Assembly: GCA_021432655.1 (NCBI GenBank)
Contig: MU271293.1
Location: forward strand, 62,001-104,882
Reading direction: 5' to 3'
Length of the DNA stretch: 42,882 nucleotides
Origin: Atractiella rhizophila
Lineage: Eukaryota
Each line of letters begins with the position of its first letter. Positions within the stretch are counted from its first letter, which is position 1. Shown here piece after piece: positions 23,668 through 36,781 of this stretch. The notes beneath the pieces were generated by a model. The model did not search any database, was not told where the DNA came from, and saw only the letters and a program-made list of their open reading frames with translations. The position numbers were made by a program, and so were the translations under genes.

Positions 23668-25328
23668 ATGGCGCCATTCCTCAACCGTCCCTCTATTCAC
23701 TCTAATCCTCAACCAAACTATCCCTCCCAGCCATTCGTGGCAACCTCAGCCTCAGATGATGCCAATGCATGCATATCCCAACCAGCAGTTCTACCCCCAA
23801 CCCGAGCAGCAGATGCCTTTCATGAACGGAATGAATACTTGGGGATACCCGTCGATGGGCGTGATGGGTATGGCGATGAACATGGGGCTGAATCAAGGAA
23901 TGAACATGGGAATGGGAATGCCAGGAATGGGTTTGGGAGTACAACAACAGCAACGCCTCACGCCGGATGGATATGGCATCTCTCCTACAGCACCCTCCGA
24001 TTTCACCGGTGTTGGGAACCTCAATCTGGACTACAGGGAGTCAAGAGGGTCAACTTCGTCTTTTGGAGAAGGAAGGAATCGCAGACTCGGAGGACAGAAA
24101 CGATCATGGGACTCGCACTCAAACTCGAACTCGAACCGTGCGGAACGGCCAGCGAAACTCCCACGTCTTGGGTCTCCCTCCTCTTCATCGAATCCATCAA
24201 AGCTTCCAATTGCGAGTGGGCCTCCTCCGCGCATCGAAGGCACAAACATTAAGCTTGAAACGGCAGAGGAGATCGAGAAGTGGAGAGAGGAGAGGAGGAA
24301 GAAGTTCCCTACGGCTGAGAGGAGGCAGCAGGCGGTTTGTCATAAATCTCACTCTTCTGAAATTGATTCACTGATTGTCGCGGATTTGGACAGGAAGAAG
24401 AACGCAAGCTGAAAGAAGCGTCAATGCCTGAGAACGGACTCAACTCGAGGACCCGTGGTAGAGGACGTGGGAGAGGACGTGGTGATAGGGGCAGAGGGAG
24501 GGGAAGGGGTGGAAAAGTTTCGGCAACTGAAGCGGACGAGAAGAAGGAACAGCCTACAGAGTCCTCCATGGATCAAGAGCAGATGAAACCTCCAGCATCC
24601 GGGTTGGCAGATGCGCTCGTAATGTATTCATCCGACGACACCTCCTCTCTCTCTCCTCCAGCTCGTCCTCCTCTGATTCCGACTCGAGCTCCTCCTCAGA
24701 AGATGAAGACGAAACGAAGCCTGTCGACACAAAAAATATCCTTCAAAGTGATATCAAACCGCCGAACTTGGCTGTCGATTCCAATCCTGAGCAAGGGAAG
24801 AAGGTCTGTCGAAATTTCGTGAAGGGTCGCTGTAGATTTGGGAAGCGCTGTAAATACTTACACCAGGTATATTTCTCTTCTCTCAGTTCCTCCATTATCC
24901 ATACCTTCTATGTCGCATATATCTATAATCCTACTAACGTATACTGTCTATAGAAACCTGCAGCGTCTAAGACCGCAACCGCAACAAAAACCGTAAAGCC
25001 TGTAGCCTCACACCAAGTTGTGAAACCACCATCCTTGTTAAACAAAGTACGCTTTTCGCTTTGCACAACAGAGCATAGTAAAGAGAGAGAGTTGATTGTT
25101 TCGCGCATGGACCAGTTGATGGACAGAGAAATCTCGCACGACATCAAGGACGCAATCGCGGTCATCGACTTTCTTGCTGCTAATGGATGGCTTGAGAAGG
25201 TGGAGAGGAGGCCGGGAGAGGCGAGGAAGAAGATGATTGAGGTTTTGAAAGAAGAGAGGGAGGACATATCGGAGCGCCTGGTAATGGCGGGTGGCGGGGA
25301 GGATGTAACGGGAGAAATGGAGGAGTGA
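23668..25328 (+). CDS. NUFIP1/Rsa1-like snoRNP assembly protein with RG repeats and a CCCH zinc finger (apparent frameshifts)
   Basis: LETAEEIEKWREERRKKFPT (NUFIP1 motif), an RGRG tract, CRNFVKGRCRFGKRCKYLH (CCCH finger), and C-terminal PSLLNK|LMDREI...IDFLAANGWL. The frame breaks at about 23734 and 24645-24655. Confidence 0.8.
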
Positions 25329-25333
25329 ATGAG

Positions 25334-25407
25334 GAAATGGGTGGTAGAGAAACAAAGGCGAAGATGCATGAGAAATGGGTGGTAGAGAAACAAACGGTGA
25401 AGATGCA
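25334..25407. repeat. Imperfect ~38-bp direct duplication in a 3' region
   Basis: GAAATGGGTGGTAGAGAAACAAA occurs at 25334 and 25372, each followed shortly by GAAGATGCA. Confidence 0.85.
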
Positions 25408-25586
25408 GGAGTACTCGATGGGAGAAACTAGATCAAGAGATAAATTGTGTGATTAATGTCCATATACCTGTCAGTCGATATGACAAAGTCCCTATTTCAT
25501 GATTTTCAAGTCCACGCAAATCGCAAACAAGTATCAAAGTCAATAGCTCAGTCTCTATTCCGAAACTCATCTAATCGTCCGTTCAA

Positions 25587-27000
25587 TCAAACCTCTCCCA
25601 CACCCTCCTCCCACACCCGTCCCTGATCAATTCTCGGCGCCTTCACACCAGACACCCATTCTCCATCCCTAATAGTACGACTTCTAAACTCGAGCGCCCT
25701 GGTGCCAAAAAAACCGGCGAATCGTTCGAGACACTTAACGCGCTGTTCATAGTGTCCGGAACCCTCTGAGATGCCCCCTCCAGTCCCACCTGCCTTTCTC
25801 CAATGGGTAATAGTTCCGTCGTAGCCCAGTAAAATTGGAGGTTCGGAGATGGAAGAGGAGAGCATGGACATGAGGATGTCCTCGCAGTTCGTGTGGAGGT
25901 CGACGTAATCGCGGAGGGGGGAGAGGAGGGGATGGTTGTATGTTGTTAGGAGGGCGGTGCGTAGGAAACCCTGATTGGTGAGGATGATGGAGTATCGTCC
26001 TGTAAGCCAGGAGAGGAGGGGAGAGAGGTAGTTCCATCGTCCTGTGATGGGAGAGACGGAGTGGCTGCGTTGAGACCACCCGAGCAAGGAGGCCGAACCG
26101 ACTAGCGAGGCGTTCTTGAACGTCTGGAAGCCGGATTCGACCTCGGACGGTTCGAGGGTGAGGTCGTCGTCGAGAGAGAGCACGATGCTCGTGTTTAATG
26201 TTGGAGGAGGCAGGAAACGGCTGGAGAGAGAACGCTGAGGCGGTCCCATGACCACCTCTATTTTTACTTTCCATCCCTTCTCAATGGCCAGCGCTGAAAA
26301 GTCCGGCGGAGCGTCTTGCGCTTGCGGACTTCCCCAGATGATAAAGATATCCTTCAGAGAAGGGATGGAGCCGTTAGCGTACAGCTCGAGGTTGTGTAAC
26401 AGCAGGCTGGGCCGGCGGAAGGTTGGGATGAGGAGGGAGAAAGAGTCGTCATCTGCGGGTGAGTCGGATAGTGCCGCGGAATATGCTCGACGGAGGAGCG
26501 GAAGGGAGGGCGTAGAGGGGATGTAAGGCGTGTGGAGGAGGAGGGCGACGAGATAAGCGGGTGGAAGGAGGATGAGGAGTGTGAGGAGGAGAGGAAGAAA
26601 GAGGCGTCGGAGCTGTGTGCGATTAGTACATCGCTGGACTGGAAGGAAGGAGATGTACGAATGACTTTTTACGACGCTTAGATACACCACGCAATGCGCG
26701 TGTTACGAGGAGAGGGGAGCCAGGCGTTGACCAGAAGCCTGAACTATTGGAACTGGACGAAGAAACTCTGCGTTTCTGCCACAGTGGCGATCGTCAGCTG
26801 GTGCGGGATTGTGGACACGGTGGAAGAGATAGGCAACGGACAAAAGACCACTCTTCGCTCCCTTCAAAATCACTGTAATCCTCGCTGCCCCATGCTTCCA
26901 CGTCCTCGAGCAGCTCAGTCTCGCCCTGATCGAACTCGGAGGAGCTTCGAGTGACTGTCAAAAGCGGGATCGTTTTCTCATCGTCGCTCTTTCGCACCAT
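25587..27000 (-). CDS. Glycosyltransferase family 64 (EXTL2-like), type II membrane protein
   Basis: Two short introns join MVRKSDD...EWSF|KRRV...KKSF|LRRLFLPLLL (TM segment). The catalytic domain has FSLLIPTFRR, SLSSRF, LSLDDD (DxD), YSIILT, NCEDILM, GIS and R..CL..F...FG. Confidence 0.88.
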
Positions 27001-27960
27001 GGTCGCAGGTTTCGATTGAGCTCAGCCAGCGTATTGAAGGAATGTAAGGTAAGTGATGAGACTGTTTGTAGTGATGGAGGGTAAATGAAATAAAAGGGAA
27101 CGTGTGGCAGATATGGCAGTTGGTTGATGATGTTCGATAATGATGAACGACCTCAGAGCGCCCGAACCCAGTGTCTTGGCACGTCGACTCAACCTCAATA
27201 CCAATGGCTGCCTCAAAATGTTGACTGAACTCATTTGAAGATAGTCGGCCATCTCCCGAAACACTGAGCCTTTCTCTTTGCGAGCCGCGAGCCATTCCGG
27301 AGCCGACGAACCATCTTGAATTCCAGGCGTCTTGTTAATGGGATGTTATTTGGGAGGCTAGGGAGGGCATCGCGACAACACTGTTGGTGAATCTTGATGA
27401 AAGTTTCGGTTTACTTATCATTTGGTGCTGATTTTTTTGGATTCCCAATCGAGCCATCAATGGGCAGCTTGGCTGAGATTGGGAATTCTGTGATATCCAG
27501 CTTTGGCTGCAGTTGCATTTTTAAACCCTTCTCGATATCCTCATGCTGCAGTCGATGGAAAACTGGGGGATTATGTTGAAACTTGAACAACCGTTCGCTG
27601 TCAACATCATATGCAGAGTCCCAATCATTAATCGAACTTAATGAGCAGGAGCTGGGAAAACTAGAAAGGAGCTAGTCTGGTGCTCCAATGAACGGTACCT
27701 GATGTGTCACAATAGCATCAGGTGTGACTAGTCAGATATCCATAAAGTCAAGATCTTTGTCAATTTGCCACAAATGGCATGGCCTTGAGTGACCGCACAA
27801 TTGTTTACGTCGGACTGCCCTATTTCAATAGTCTTGGGCATCTTCCCAAATTCCGTCACATAAGTACAGCATTAACAGCCTCTCTGCAATTTGTAACAGA
27901 TGCAGAATTTCATTTTAGTGGTACAAGACTGCCAGACCAGGATACATATTATTTTCCAAT

Positions 27961-30900
27961 TCATGATTCCTCCTCTTCACTTTCTAGCTCGTCCATTTCC
28001 ACGCCAGTATGTCGGTTAAGATCTTGATACTCCATGCAATAATCTTCGAGAGATTGGCATCGATAATCCCGTGCCGTGGTGAGAACTACAAATGAGATGA
28101 GCCCATCTTCATCCGAAGGACACTAACGCTCACTCCATGCTACAGTATCCGGCGCCACGAAATCGAACTTGCAAATCGTTCTTGCAGCATGCTCCTTCAG
28201 TGCATCAAGCTCCCAGAAGTCGCTGGTAGAAGTGTCGGTCACATGTTCAATATAGCGACTGAGACTGAGAGACAGACCTGAGTTTGATCAATTGGACTAG
28301 CTCATGCAGCATTGCATTTTCTTGACTTCTATCGGAATCGTTGACAGGCTGCCGAAACTGAGGCAAGGTGCCTTCTTGACCAGGCAGGCAAGAATAGATG
28401 TATTCTACGAGGAAAGTCACATTTAGCGATTACAGATGTTGAGACTTAGAGAATCATTACCGAGAGCAAGCTGTGTGACTTCAGCGTCAAAAGGCAATTC
28501 GGTGGCAGATCTGTCTTGACTTTCCATCCAATCGGGGTCTTGAAGGAACTGGAATCGTTGATACGCATTCGCGAGGAGAATGACCTTATGAGCGTGTAGT
28601 TGCTTCCCGTCTGCAGTTTGAAAAGAGATATCCGTGAGAATTCCCTGATTTCTTAAAGTCTGGAAAGATGTGTCTCTGAAGACGGGGCTCGTAGTTTCCC
28701 TTTGGATGTATTCTGGACGCCGTAAGATCGTCGCTCCACAAGCCTCTAGTAGCTTTCCATATGACATCAGTTTGTCGCCTACTCGCCTCTGACCCGTGGT
28801 CTCACTATCGTGACGAAGCCGAAAGACAAGCTCGGTCCCTTTCACGAAAGTCCACTCGTCATCGGTGGAATCGACATTCAGGAATACTGCCTGGTCTGTG
28901 ATTGAGTCCAGATACTCTCGAGCTTCGTCGACATTTTCTTCGAGATAGTCATAGCAAGCAAATATATCTTTCATCAAATCGGTTCGAGCTGTACTACTGA
29001 AGATGCATGGGGCCAAAATGCTGGTGAGGACTACAAGGTGTTGTAGCCTAATAACGATTTTGAATAAACAAGACCAGGAGCGTAATCAGCGACTCACACT
29101 TCAATCAATGAAGGACAGCCGAGATCAGGATACCTTTGTCGCAAATTCGTCGATGGCTCTGTTTGGAACTGCAAGAATGATCCATTACTAGCGGGCACCC
29201 AGGTGAAACAACCTTACGAGATTTCGTTGTGTCCATGCTATTGTTTGATAGCTGTCCAACATCAATTCTTCCGGTGCACAGACGAGGCTTCTTATAGGTC
29301 CTGCTCCATTAAGACAAGATCCAAATGCTCTCATTCGCGCGCTTTCCTTAGAGGGAATGAACCGTAAATGGCGAACTTTGGACCACGACGGGTTACAGGC
29401 ACCATTATCGCTGAGAGCGGCATATAGTGATCTCGAAGCCTCCTGTTGGTGTGGTTGTTCTGAGCGCCACACATGACGGTTGAATTCTTCCAGTAGCGAG
29501 AGAATGTTGTAGTTGTTGATCTGTGTTTGCACACCTAGCGGGATGAATGGTCGGGCATTTAATGTTCGAATGCGACGATGCAAAAACTTGTCCTTCTGAT
29601 CCGCATTGGTAGCATAAATTAGGTTGAAGAGCACATTAGTGTGAGAAAGAAGCGAGGAAGGGGCTCGAAGCACTCCGTTCCCGTTGGGTAGGTATGGTAC
29701 ATCCTGCAGTGCTTGTTCCAGTCCTCGTTCAAAAACTCGACGCATTTCCGTTAAGAACTCTATGTAATCTTCCAGCTCCCTGTCGTTGGTGATGCCATCT
29801 GGGTTGGGCAGTCGAAGGTACTGCGCGATTTGTGAAGGCTGGATCACTTTGCCCTTTAAGTAGTCATCGTACTCTGCAAACTTGACAGTCGAGCTAAAAA
29901 AGCGAGCAAATTTATCGAGATGCACAACTCGACTGCTGATGACAACTGATTCATTTTCCGTTAGAAGTTTGTCGTGCTGGAACAATCCTGGCCACAATGG
30001 AAGTTCTTGAATCAAGCTTGTGAAACGTGACATACTACTCCCCAGATCTCGAAACGAAATCCAGTTCCGGATGGTTTGGGCAAGAGATTGGGACAGTGCG
30101 TTCCGGGCTGCAGGCACCATTTGGCTGAGGCAGTCCATTAAGCTGACAGAAAAACGGTCCGCAAGCTGAAGATCAATGCTGACAATGCTGATATTAGGAT
30201 CTTGTTCCAAAGCTCTGCGAAAATCTGGATCTTCCGTAGTAGGTAGGCGCGGAAGAACAGCTGATGTTCGAAATTGACGCGGAGAGATGGATTGGTAGAC
30301 GTTGTATTTGGCAACGAGAGGAATAACGGGACAGTCTAGGAGTGTTTCATGATCCCAGCGCAATGAGACAGAAGGAGCCACTGTCCGCCAAAACTTTTCC
30401 AGCCACTGAACCTTAGATGCATCGTTCCAAATCCTAGATGGCTTCGTCGTAAATTTGTGCCTCACAAGTTGAGCGAGATGCTCAGCAGTGGCAGGTTGCA
30501 GACCACAAGCGGAACGCTTGATGCCCCTAGACTCCAACTCAATCAAAAAATCCTCCTTTACCAGAAAATCTGGGAACAATTCTTTCAAGCAAGCCACGCT
30601 GTTTGGTGTGCGATAGAGCAGGGGGCACCGTCGTCCGGACACCACATTCAGGTGATTATCTTCGCACGGCACAAGAGGGATATCGAGCGGGACTTTGCTG
30701 TTGAGGAGATGTACTGTCACAGCAGCGAGAATGCTCGCAGTCAATATCCGATCTGCCCACAATTGAGCTGTCGTCGTTGTTCGATTGAGTAGCACCTGTT
30801 CTCTAACAAACTCAGCCCGATCCGTTCGCAACATATTCCAGGTTTCAGAAGTTAAAGAATTCCTCAAGAAGGGTAACATTCCGACGACATGTTCTGTCCC

Positions 30901-33900
30901 TAGCAAATGAAGAAAGCAAGTCACTTTGGGATCCCCTGAGAAAGGCAGCAGAGCCATCTTCGGAGTTACAACCTCCTGCTTCATGGTGACGAAAATGGGT
31001 TGATCACAGGTTTCCAAATTTTTGTAGAAACCATCCCAAATCAACTTGGAAGCATCGCAATCTGGCTTTCGACGCGGCCAAATCGAACTCCTTGGGACTC
31101 TCTGAGGCTTGGAAAGAGCTTGCAAGTTGAATCCTGCTATTAATCGATGGTATGCGCGAGGAACTAGTTCCTCTAAAAGCCACCGATTATATCTTCCTTC
31201 AACTGATTCTTCTAACCTTATAGTCCTCCGTTCCGGTGTGAGAATGAATGTTCCCGATATCTCAACTGGGAGGGAAAGAGTCGAAGGTGACGCCAGAGGC
31301 AATACTGCATGAAGGCGAGAATTGGCTCGCAATCCGCTTGTTTGAAGAATAGAGCTCGAAGGACAAAATCCAACCGCTACGGATGGAGTTCGTGCTTTGT
31401 GGAGAGCATAGGGAAGAAAAAGAATTCGAAATTTGTCAGGAGCATCTTGAGGATTCTCTGACACCTGAGATACTGTCCATTGTTCTTCGTGTTCCTCCCC
31501 ATTGGGTAGGGTGAGTCTTATACGTAGGAATTCGCACAGCGTTGGTCTGACTGGTATTGGCTTTTCAACTTGAATTCGCCAAAGTAATTGCAGGTGACCA
31601 TTGCGCAATCTGTGATAGGACTCGACAAGTTTAACATTTTGCATGAAAAGTAAGCGCCCGATTTCTCCGAAAGCTTGATCGCGAAGAACTTCTTTCACTT
31701 CTGGCAAAGATAGGGCTTCGTCCTTTAACTGTTTGTGCGAGCTCTCTGTCCGCAGGGGAAGTCGAAAGATGGTGCCGTTGAAAGACTCGGAAAGTAAAAA
31801 CCCAAAGGGTAATGAATCAAGGTCTTTCAGATGCCCGCTGCAATACTTAGTAGCTCTTGTGAGTGGCAGACGAATTCCTTTCGGATGGGCAGATTCTCCG
31901 TGACGAGGCAAAGCGGTACCCGTTGGATCAAGAAGAGTCAGATGTTCGTTGGAAACAATCAGCGGGAACTGTACTTTGATCATTAGCAACCGACCCAGCA
32001 CGCCTGTAACTCACGTTGCTATAGTAAAACATAGATAGTGCTCCAAGTCCGAATCGCCCGATGGTCGCACTCTCACCCTCCTTGCCTCCAATGCCAACGC
32101 GCCGAATACCTAACCAGTCCTTTTCTTTGAACACGGAGTCGTTGTACACGAGCAAGCTAGGAGCCGCACATTCCCCTCCTAAACCTGGCGCTAGGTATGC
32201 AAAATCACTGGTGCTTGATACCACTTCGTCGAGAACAAAGCTGACTTTAGTGGCTTTGGCATCATCCGCATTTGATAGGGCTTCAAGTAGCCATGTTGTA
32301 GCTGTACATCCCTTCAAATTCGACCGAATCCGTGTAGAAATATCTTCGTGCTGTCCGAACTCTTCAGCAAAATCATAAAGGCCATCTTCCTCATTTAGTA
32401 ATCGAGTCAAATCGTGGAGCAGTAGTTTGTCTGCCAAGTCCCGTGAAATGCCTTTGTGCGCTGCAAAGTACCCAGTAGGCGGAAGAATCTTTCCTCGTCT
32501 TGATATAGAATCATCATAGCAAATTTGAGACCGCTGACGAAATATTCCGTCAACGTCAGGAACGAGAAGCTCAATAAGTGTCAATTTCTCAGGAGGAAGA
32601 AGGGAAGTAATGGCTGAAAGGAGTGCGATCGCTCGTGAGACAGGACTTACGCCCACTGAAAACTGAGAGTCAGGGTTGGCTAAGTGGACCAGGCCTTTAG
32701 CAAGTTGCTCAGGTTCGGGGTCTGCAACTCCCAGTGCTTCAAGCATGTCTCGGGATGGGTTGAGAGAAGCGAACGGCCAGTAGTAAGCCGGGCGAAGATC
32801 ATGCCCAGAAAATGTAATGCGATCGGCGCGCTGTAATGTCCTGTCACTATCACTAGTAGGAATCCAGGCAAGGCCGTGGAGGTTTGACCGCAACCTAAGA
32901 GAAATACTAGGATCTGATCTCCATTTTTCATGGAGGCTTTGAATGACGATAGAGATCCTCTCGAAATTCGCATTCCCTTCATTTGCCAGCTTGACCAATT
33001 GACACGCAAGGATATCGACCGACAAATCAAGCCAGCCAAACAAGGTTCGCAAGCGGAGGTTCCGGATATTGTAATCGACAATGGGAAGAACTCGATCAAA
33101 CAGGTATCGGTCTTCAGAGTCCCTGCACTGTGACGGTTTGCAACCCTGATATACCTTCTCATCATATTTCCGAGCCGCGAGCCATGGTTTGTCAAAGTCG
33201 AAGTCTGACAGACCTGCAGGTAAGTTGGAGTCGAGAAGTTGGAGAAATGTAGTCACTCTCAAGGGGTCTACCCCATTAGACAAAATGTCGACTCGGTGGC
33301 GTACCAGAGATGAATCAAATGAGATAAGAAAGTTTTCGCGATCGAGCTTAGCGATTAAAGAATCCAATGCTCTCTCTGCAAAAACGTACTCATTGGCCAG
33401 GAAGAGTTGGGCAACTGGGCTGTTACGAGGGACGACTTCTGAAGGCATGAGGTATCCAGGTGGATCATGGAGACCACCATCGCGATTTGCTTTTGGGATC
33501 CCCCGGCACTGACGGATCATGGTTCTGCATCCCTTTTCGATATTTTCCAAATCTGCAAGCCTAGCAAGCCATCTTTCGAACAGATGCTGATAGTTTCGTA
33601 AATGTTGCCTGTTGAAAGATCGAAGCCCCTCGAGCAGAAGTTCAAGTTCAGTCCATCGTTCGACAGGATCAACAGACCGTAGAGTGTCAAGAATTGATTT
33701 GGAGTTGTCCGATTCTTCGACAAAGACAATCTTCCTCCCATCTACTGTGGGGACAAATGTCGGTGACTGAACAAGCACAGTAACCTGCGCCGTCAGGGCT
33801 GCAAATCTTTGGAGAAGTTGGCCACCCTGATTAATAATGACCAAAAATATCGGGAAACGCTTGAGGGAGGCAACTTCAGTGGGATCTAAGTCAATTTTCG

Positions 33901-36433
33901 GAACCAAACGTCCAAAGTATTCATGAAACGACTTTCGACTCCCAATTGGGATCAAGGTTGGGTCCCTTGCGCTGAGGACAAGGCGTAGTGCTCGGTCACT
34001 CTCCATGTTGAGATTTCCTCCACAGCGTTGGAGAGTCTTTGAGCGTGTCTCGGTTACTGGGACACCAATTGCAGCAATCACCTCCGTTAAGTCTCCACTG
34101 GACTTCAATATTGCCCCACTTCTAACTTTGCGGAGGCGTCCGTCAGTGGTTGGAAGGAGCGGAAGATCTTTGATTTCTTCAAAAGGAAGGTCATGCCTCT
34201 TGTCTAGAGCCGCAAAAATTGTTCCCACCCATTGCCAGAGCTCAGGACCAACATCGATGCCATCGGTCTTAGAAAAGAGGTAATGGCCAAGCCTTTTCTT
34301 TGTGAACTGCAATGCTTGTTGTGAAGACAACATGGCAAGCTTTGAATGTCTGAGCTGTAGAAGGGACTCAGGCAAGTGATTCTGCAAGATGAGCTGATCA
34401 CCAAAGTCTGCGAAAACTTGGCATTCCTGCTTTGTAGCAATGAAATAAGGGCGGGATGTAGGGGATATCGCGGCATACGACTCGGACTTGAGGTAATATA
34501 GAGGGAGATCGAAAGTTCGTTCAATGGTTCCATCGGAAGTAAGGTATCGAAGAATCAAGCTCTTATTCTCTGGAGAAAGAGGCTCTAGACAAGCTGGATC
34601 GGTCTAACGAGCAATCAGAACGAAAACATGCTGTAACATAACTCATACCCGCAAAGCTTTCGAGATAGCATCTGGAGTCATTTCTTTGCATCTAGCAGCC
34701 ATTGCAGATTTGACGGCGCTATAAAACAGAGCTGGAATGGAGATAATCGACATTCCTGCATCAGTTAAAGCCCTGGCTTCCTCTTGAGCAGTGCTGCATG
34801 CCAAACTTGCTGCGCATTGAATAAAGCCTGCTTCGAGGGAAATCCGCCTCTCGTTTGCAAAAACAGGCCAGACGGCATCCTGGCTCTCTATTAGGAGATT
34901 GAGGGTATCTTGGAGAATTGTTTGAAAATACCGCCGCGTAGAAGTCATGTCAACAGGAGAGGGGAGATAGTCGTATAAAACTGCACCTGGAGATTGTAAC
35001 AAGGAAAGGATGGCGTTTCGTGTCGCTCGAGGCAGAATGTATTCAAAGATCGTGTAGTTCCATCCAACAAGGAATCTGCTCTGACTTTCAGACGTGCTCG
35101 CAGCGACAAGTACTTACGCATCTAGCGACTTCCCAGAACATTTTTCCTCTTCGTTTTTCAGGGACTGTCGACTCGGGGTCAAAGCGAAAGCAGCATTGAC
35201 ATGTCCGATGAATCCATCGAATGTAGTTGGAAACGGTAACAGGGCAAAGAGCTTGCTCTTGAAGTCAAGACGCTCAGTAACTGAGAGGTTGTTTGGTAAA
35301 GCAAGGTCGAGACGAGAATGCAGTTTCTGACGTTGGACGGTGTCCATTAACTTTGAAATCTTCCAATCTTCGCCATAGAGAAATTTGATCTTATTTCGGA
35401 GATGTGCAAGGAGGTTGTCGTCCACTGTGGGGTCGAAAACAAACTTGGACCAGGAATCTGAAGTGGAACTGGTCTCGCGTTTGAAGCTGGTAACAATGTC
35501 GATTCGGAAAGTTGCTGAACCGTCTTCAGCTGAGGAGAAATTAGCAAAAAGCCACAATAATGCAACGAAAACTTACACGCCGTTGGTATTTTTTCTGCGC
35601 TAGCAAGGAGTTTCATCTTTCCTTTTTTCCAATCCAAGATCTCCACTTTTCGGATGTGCTTGAAGAACAGAAGCACGAGCTGGATCTCAGTGCTGATAAA
35701 TGCCTTGAACAGTTCTGTGACGTCTTTTGGCTCAACAACGTTGTCAGACACTTCACTTCGCTCTCCTTCTGCACTTGTCCTAAGGGGCAGACGGATGATG
35801 GTCGAGGGGAAGTAGTCCATGCAGTTTTCGACAAATGGGGTAAAAGCAGACATTTGGTCCTGGTACTTGCTTCTTGCTTCCGAAAGAGTGATACGGAAAC
35901 CGCCTGCTTTGTTGCCTGTCATCTCTTCATGAGGATCAAATCCTGCAACATGACTCACAGACAGTATGAATGGAGCATCTGTGACCTGCAATCAATGCTC
36001 AGCTGAGGCTCTCTTGATTCCGGATAGGGACAAACATGATAGCAACTCCTGAAGCCCAATCCAAATTTTCCGGCTTTCGTGTTGTCATCCGTTTTCGAGC
36101 TTTTCGCAATGTCACTCAATGATTCCCAATCTTTAGGTTCAAAGACGGAATCATTTATGGCAACTAAGGCTGGACCTACACCACGAGTCTTTTGAGACGT
36201 GTCGTTCGTTGGAAGAAGCTTGACTCACCTTGGAAACGAGCTAGTGCAGGGTCGTACAAGGTATTCGTAGGATAACGGTCGTGGTCGAGGATGAATCTTT
36301 GAGTGGTTGCGCCAGCATCCTCTGAATTTTGGAGCAGTTCTCTGAGTATGCCGATTGAATACGGATAGGAGCCCAAAATGCTTTTGAGGATTGCCGTGAT
36401 AGAGGCCTTCTGCTTGTATGATTCGGAATTCAT
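27961..36433 (-). CDS. Giant sacsin-like protein: two GHKL/HSP90-like sacsin repeats plus a C-terminal BTB-BACK domain (~2,600 aa)
   Basis: Repeat 1: ILRELLQNSEDAGA, NDSVF..KDW, GKFGLGF, TIIRLPLRT. Repeat 2: EALSNADDAKA, NDSVF..KDW, GRFGLGA, GTIFRLPLRT. BTB-BACK: TDISF..HAHKVIL...LEYIY...SDFWELDAL...LEDYCMEY. The exon junctions I checked are in frame; stop at 27961-27963. Confidence 0.88.
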
Positions 36434-36781
36434 TTGCTTTGTCGCAGAACTCTCACTTTAGAGTGAAGGTCTTATTCTCTGGCAGAGTTTGCGAAGAGAA
36501 GAAGATATGTATATATACACCTAAGTCATAGATCTGCAGCTGACCGGAATTGTAGGAACACGTCGACGCAGGCGACGCAATTCTCGTCGTCTAAGTCGAC
36601 GCGTTCTGGATCTGGAAGTCTAACGAGAAATGTAGTAGAGATCGTCTTAAAGTTATCGGCAACGTAAACACACTTTTGCTCCATATGGTCGGCGAATCTC
36701 CATTGATTAACTGCAGTACGATGAAAGAGAGCAACAATCTCAAACGAGTCACACTATTCCAATAATGCCCAACGTGTCCCT

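Noticed and set aside
24619..24661. 43-nt intron as the explanation of the NUFIP1 frame break
   Set aside because: Splicing it gives CTC GTC CTC CTC TGA, which is the wrong frame.
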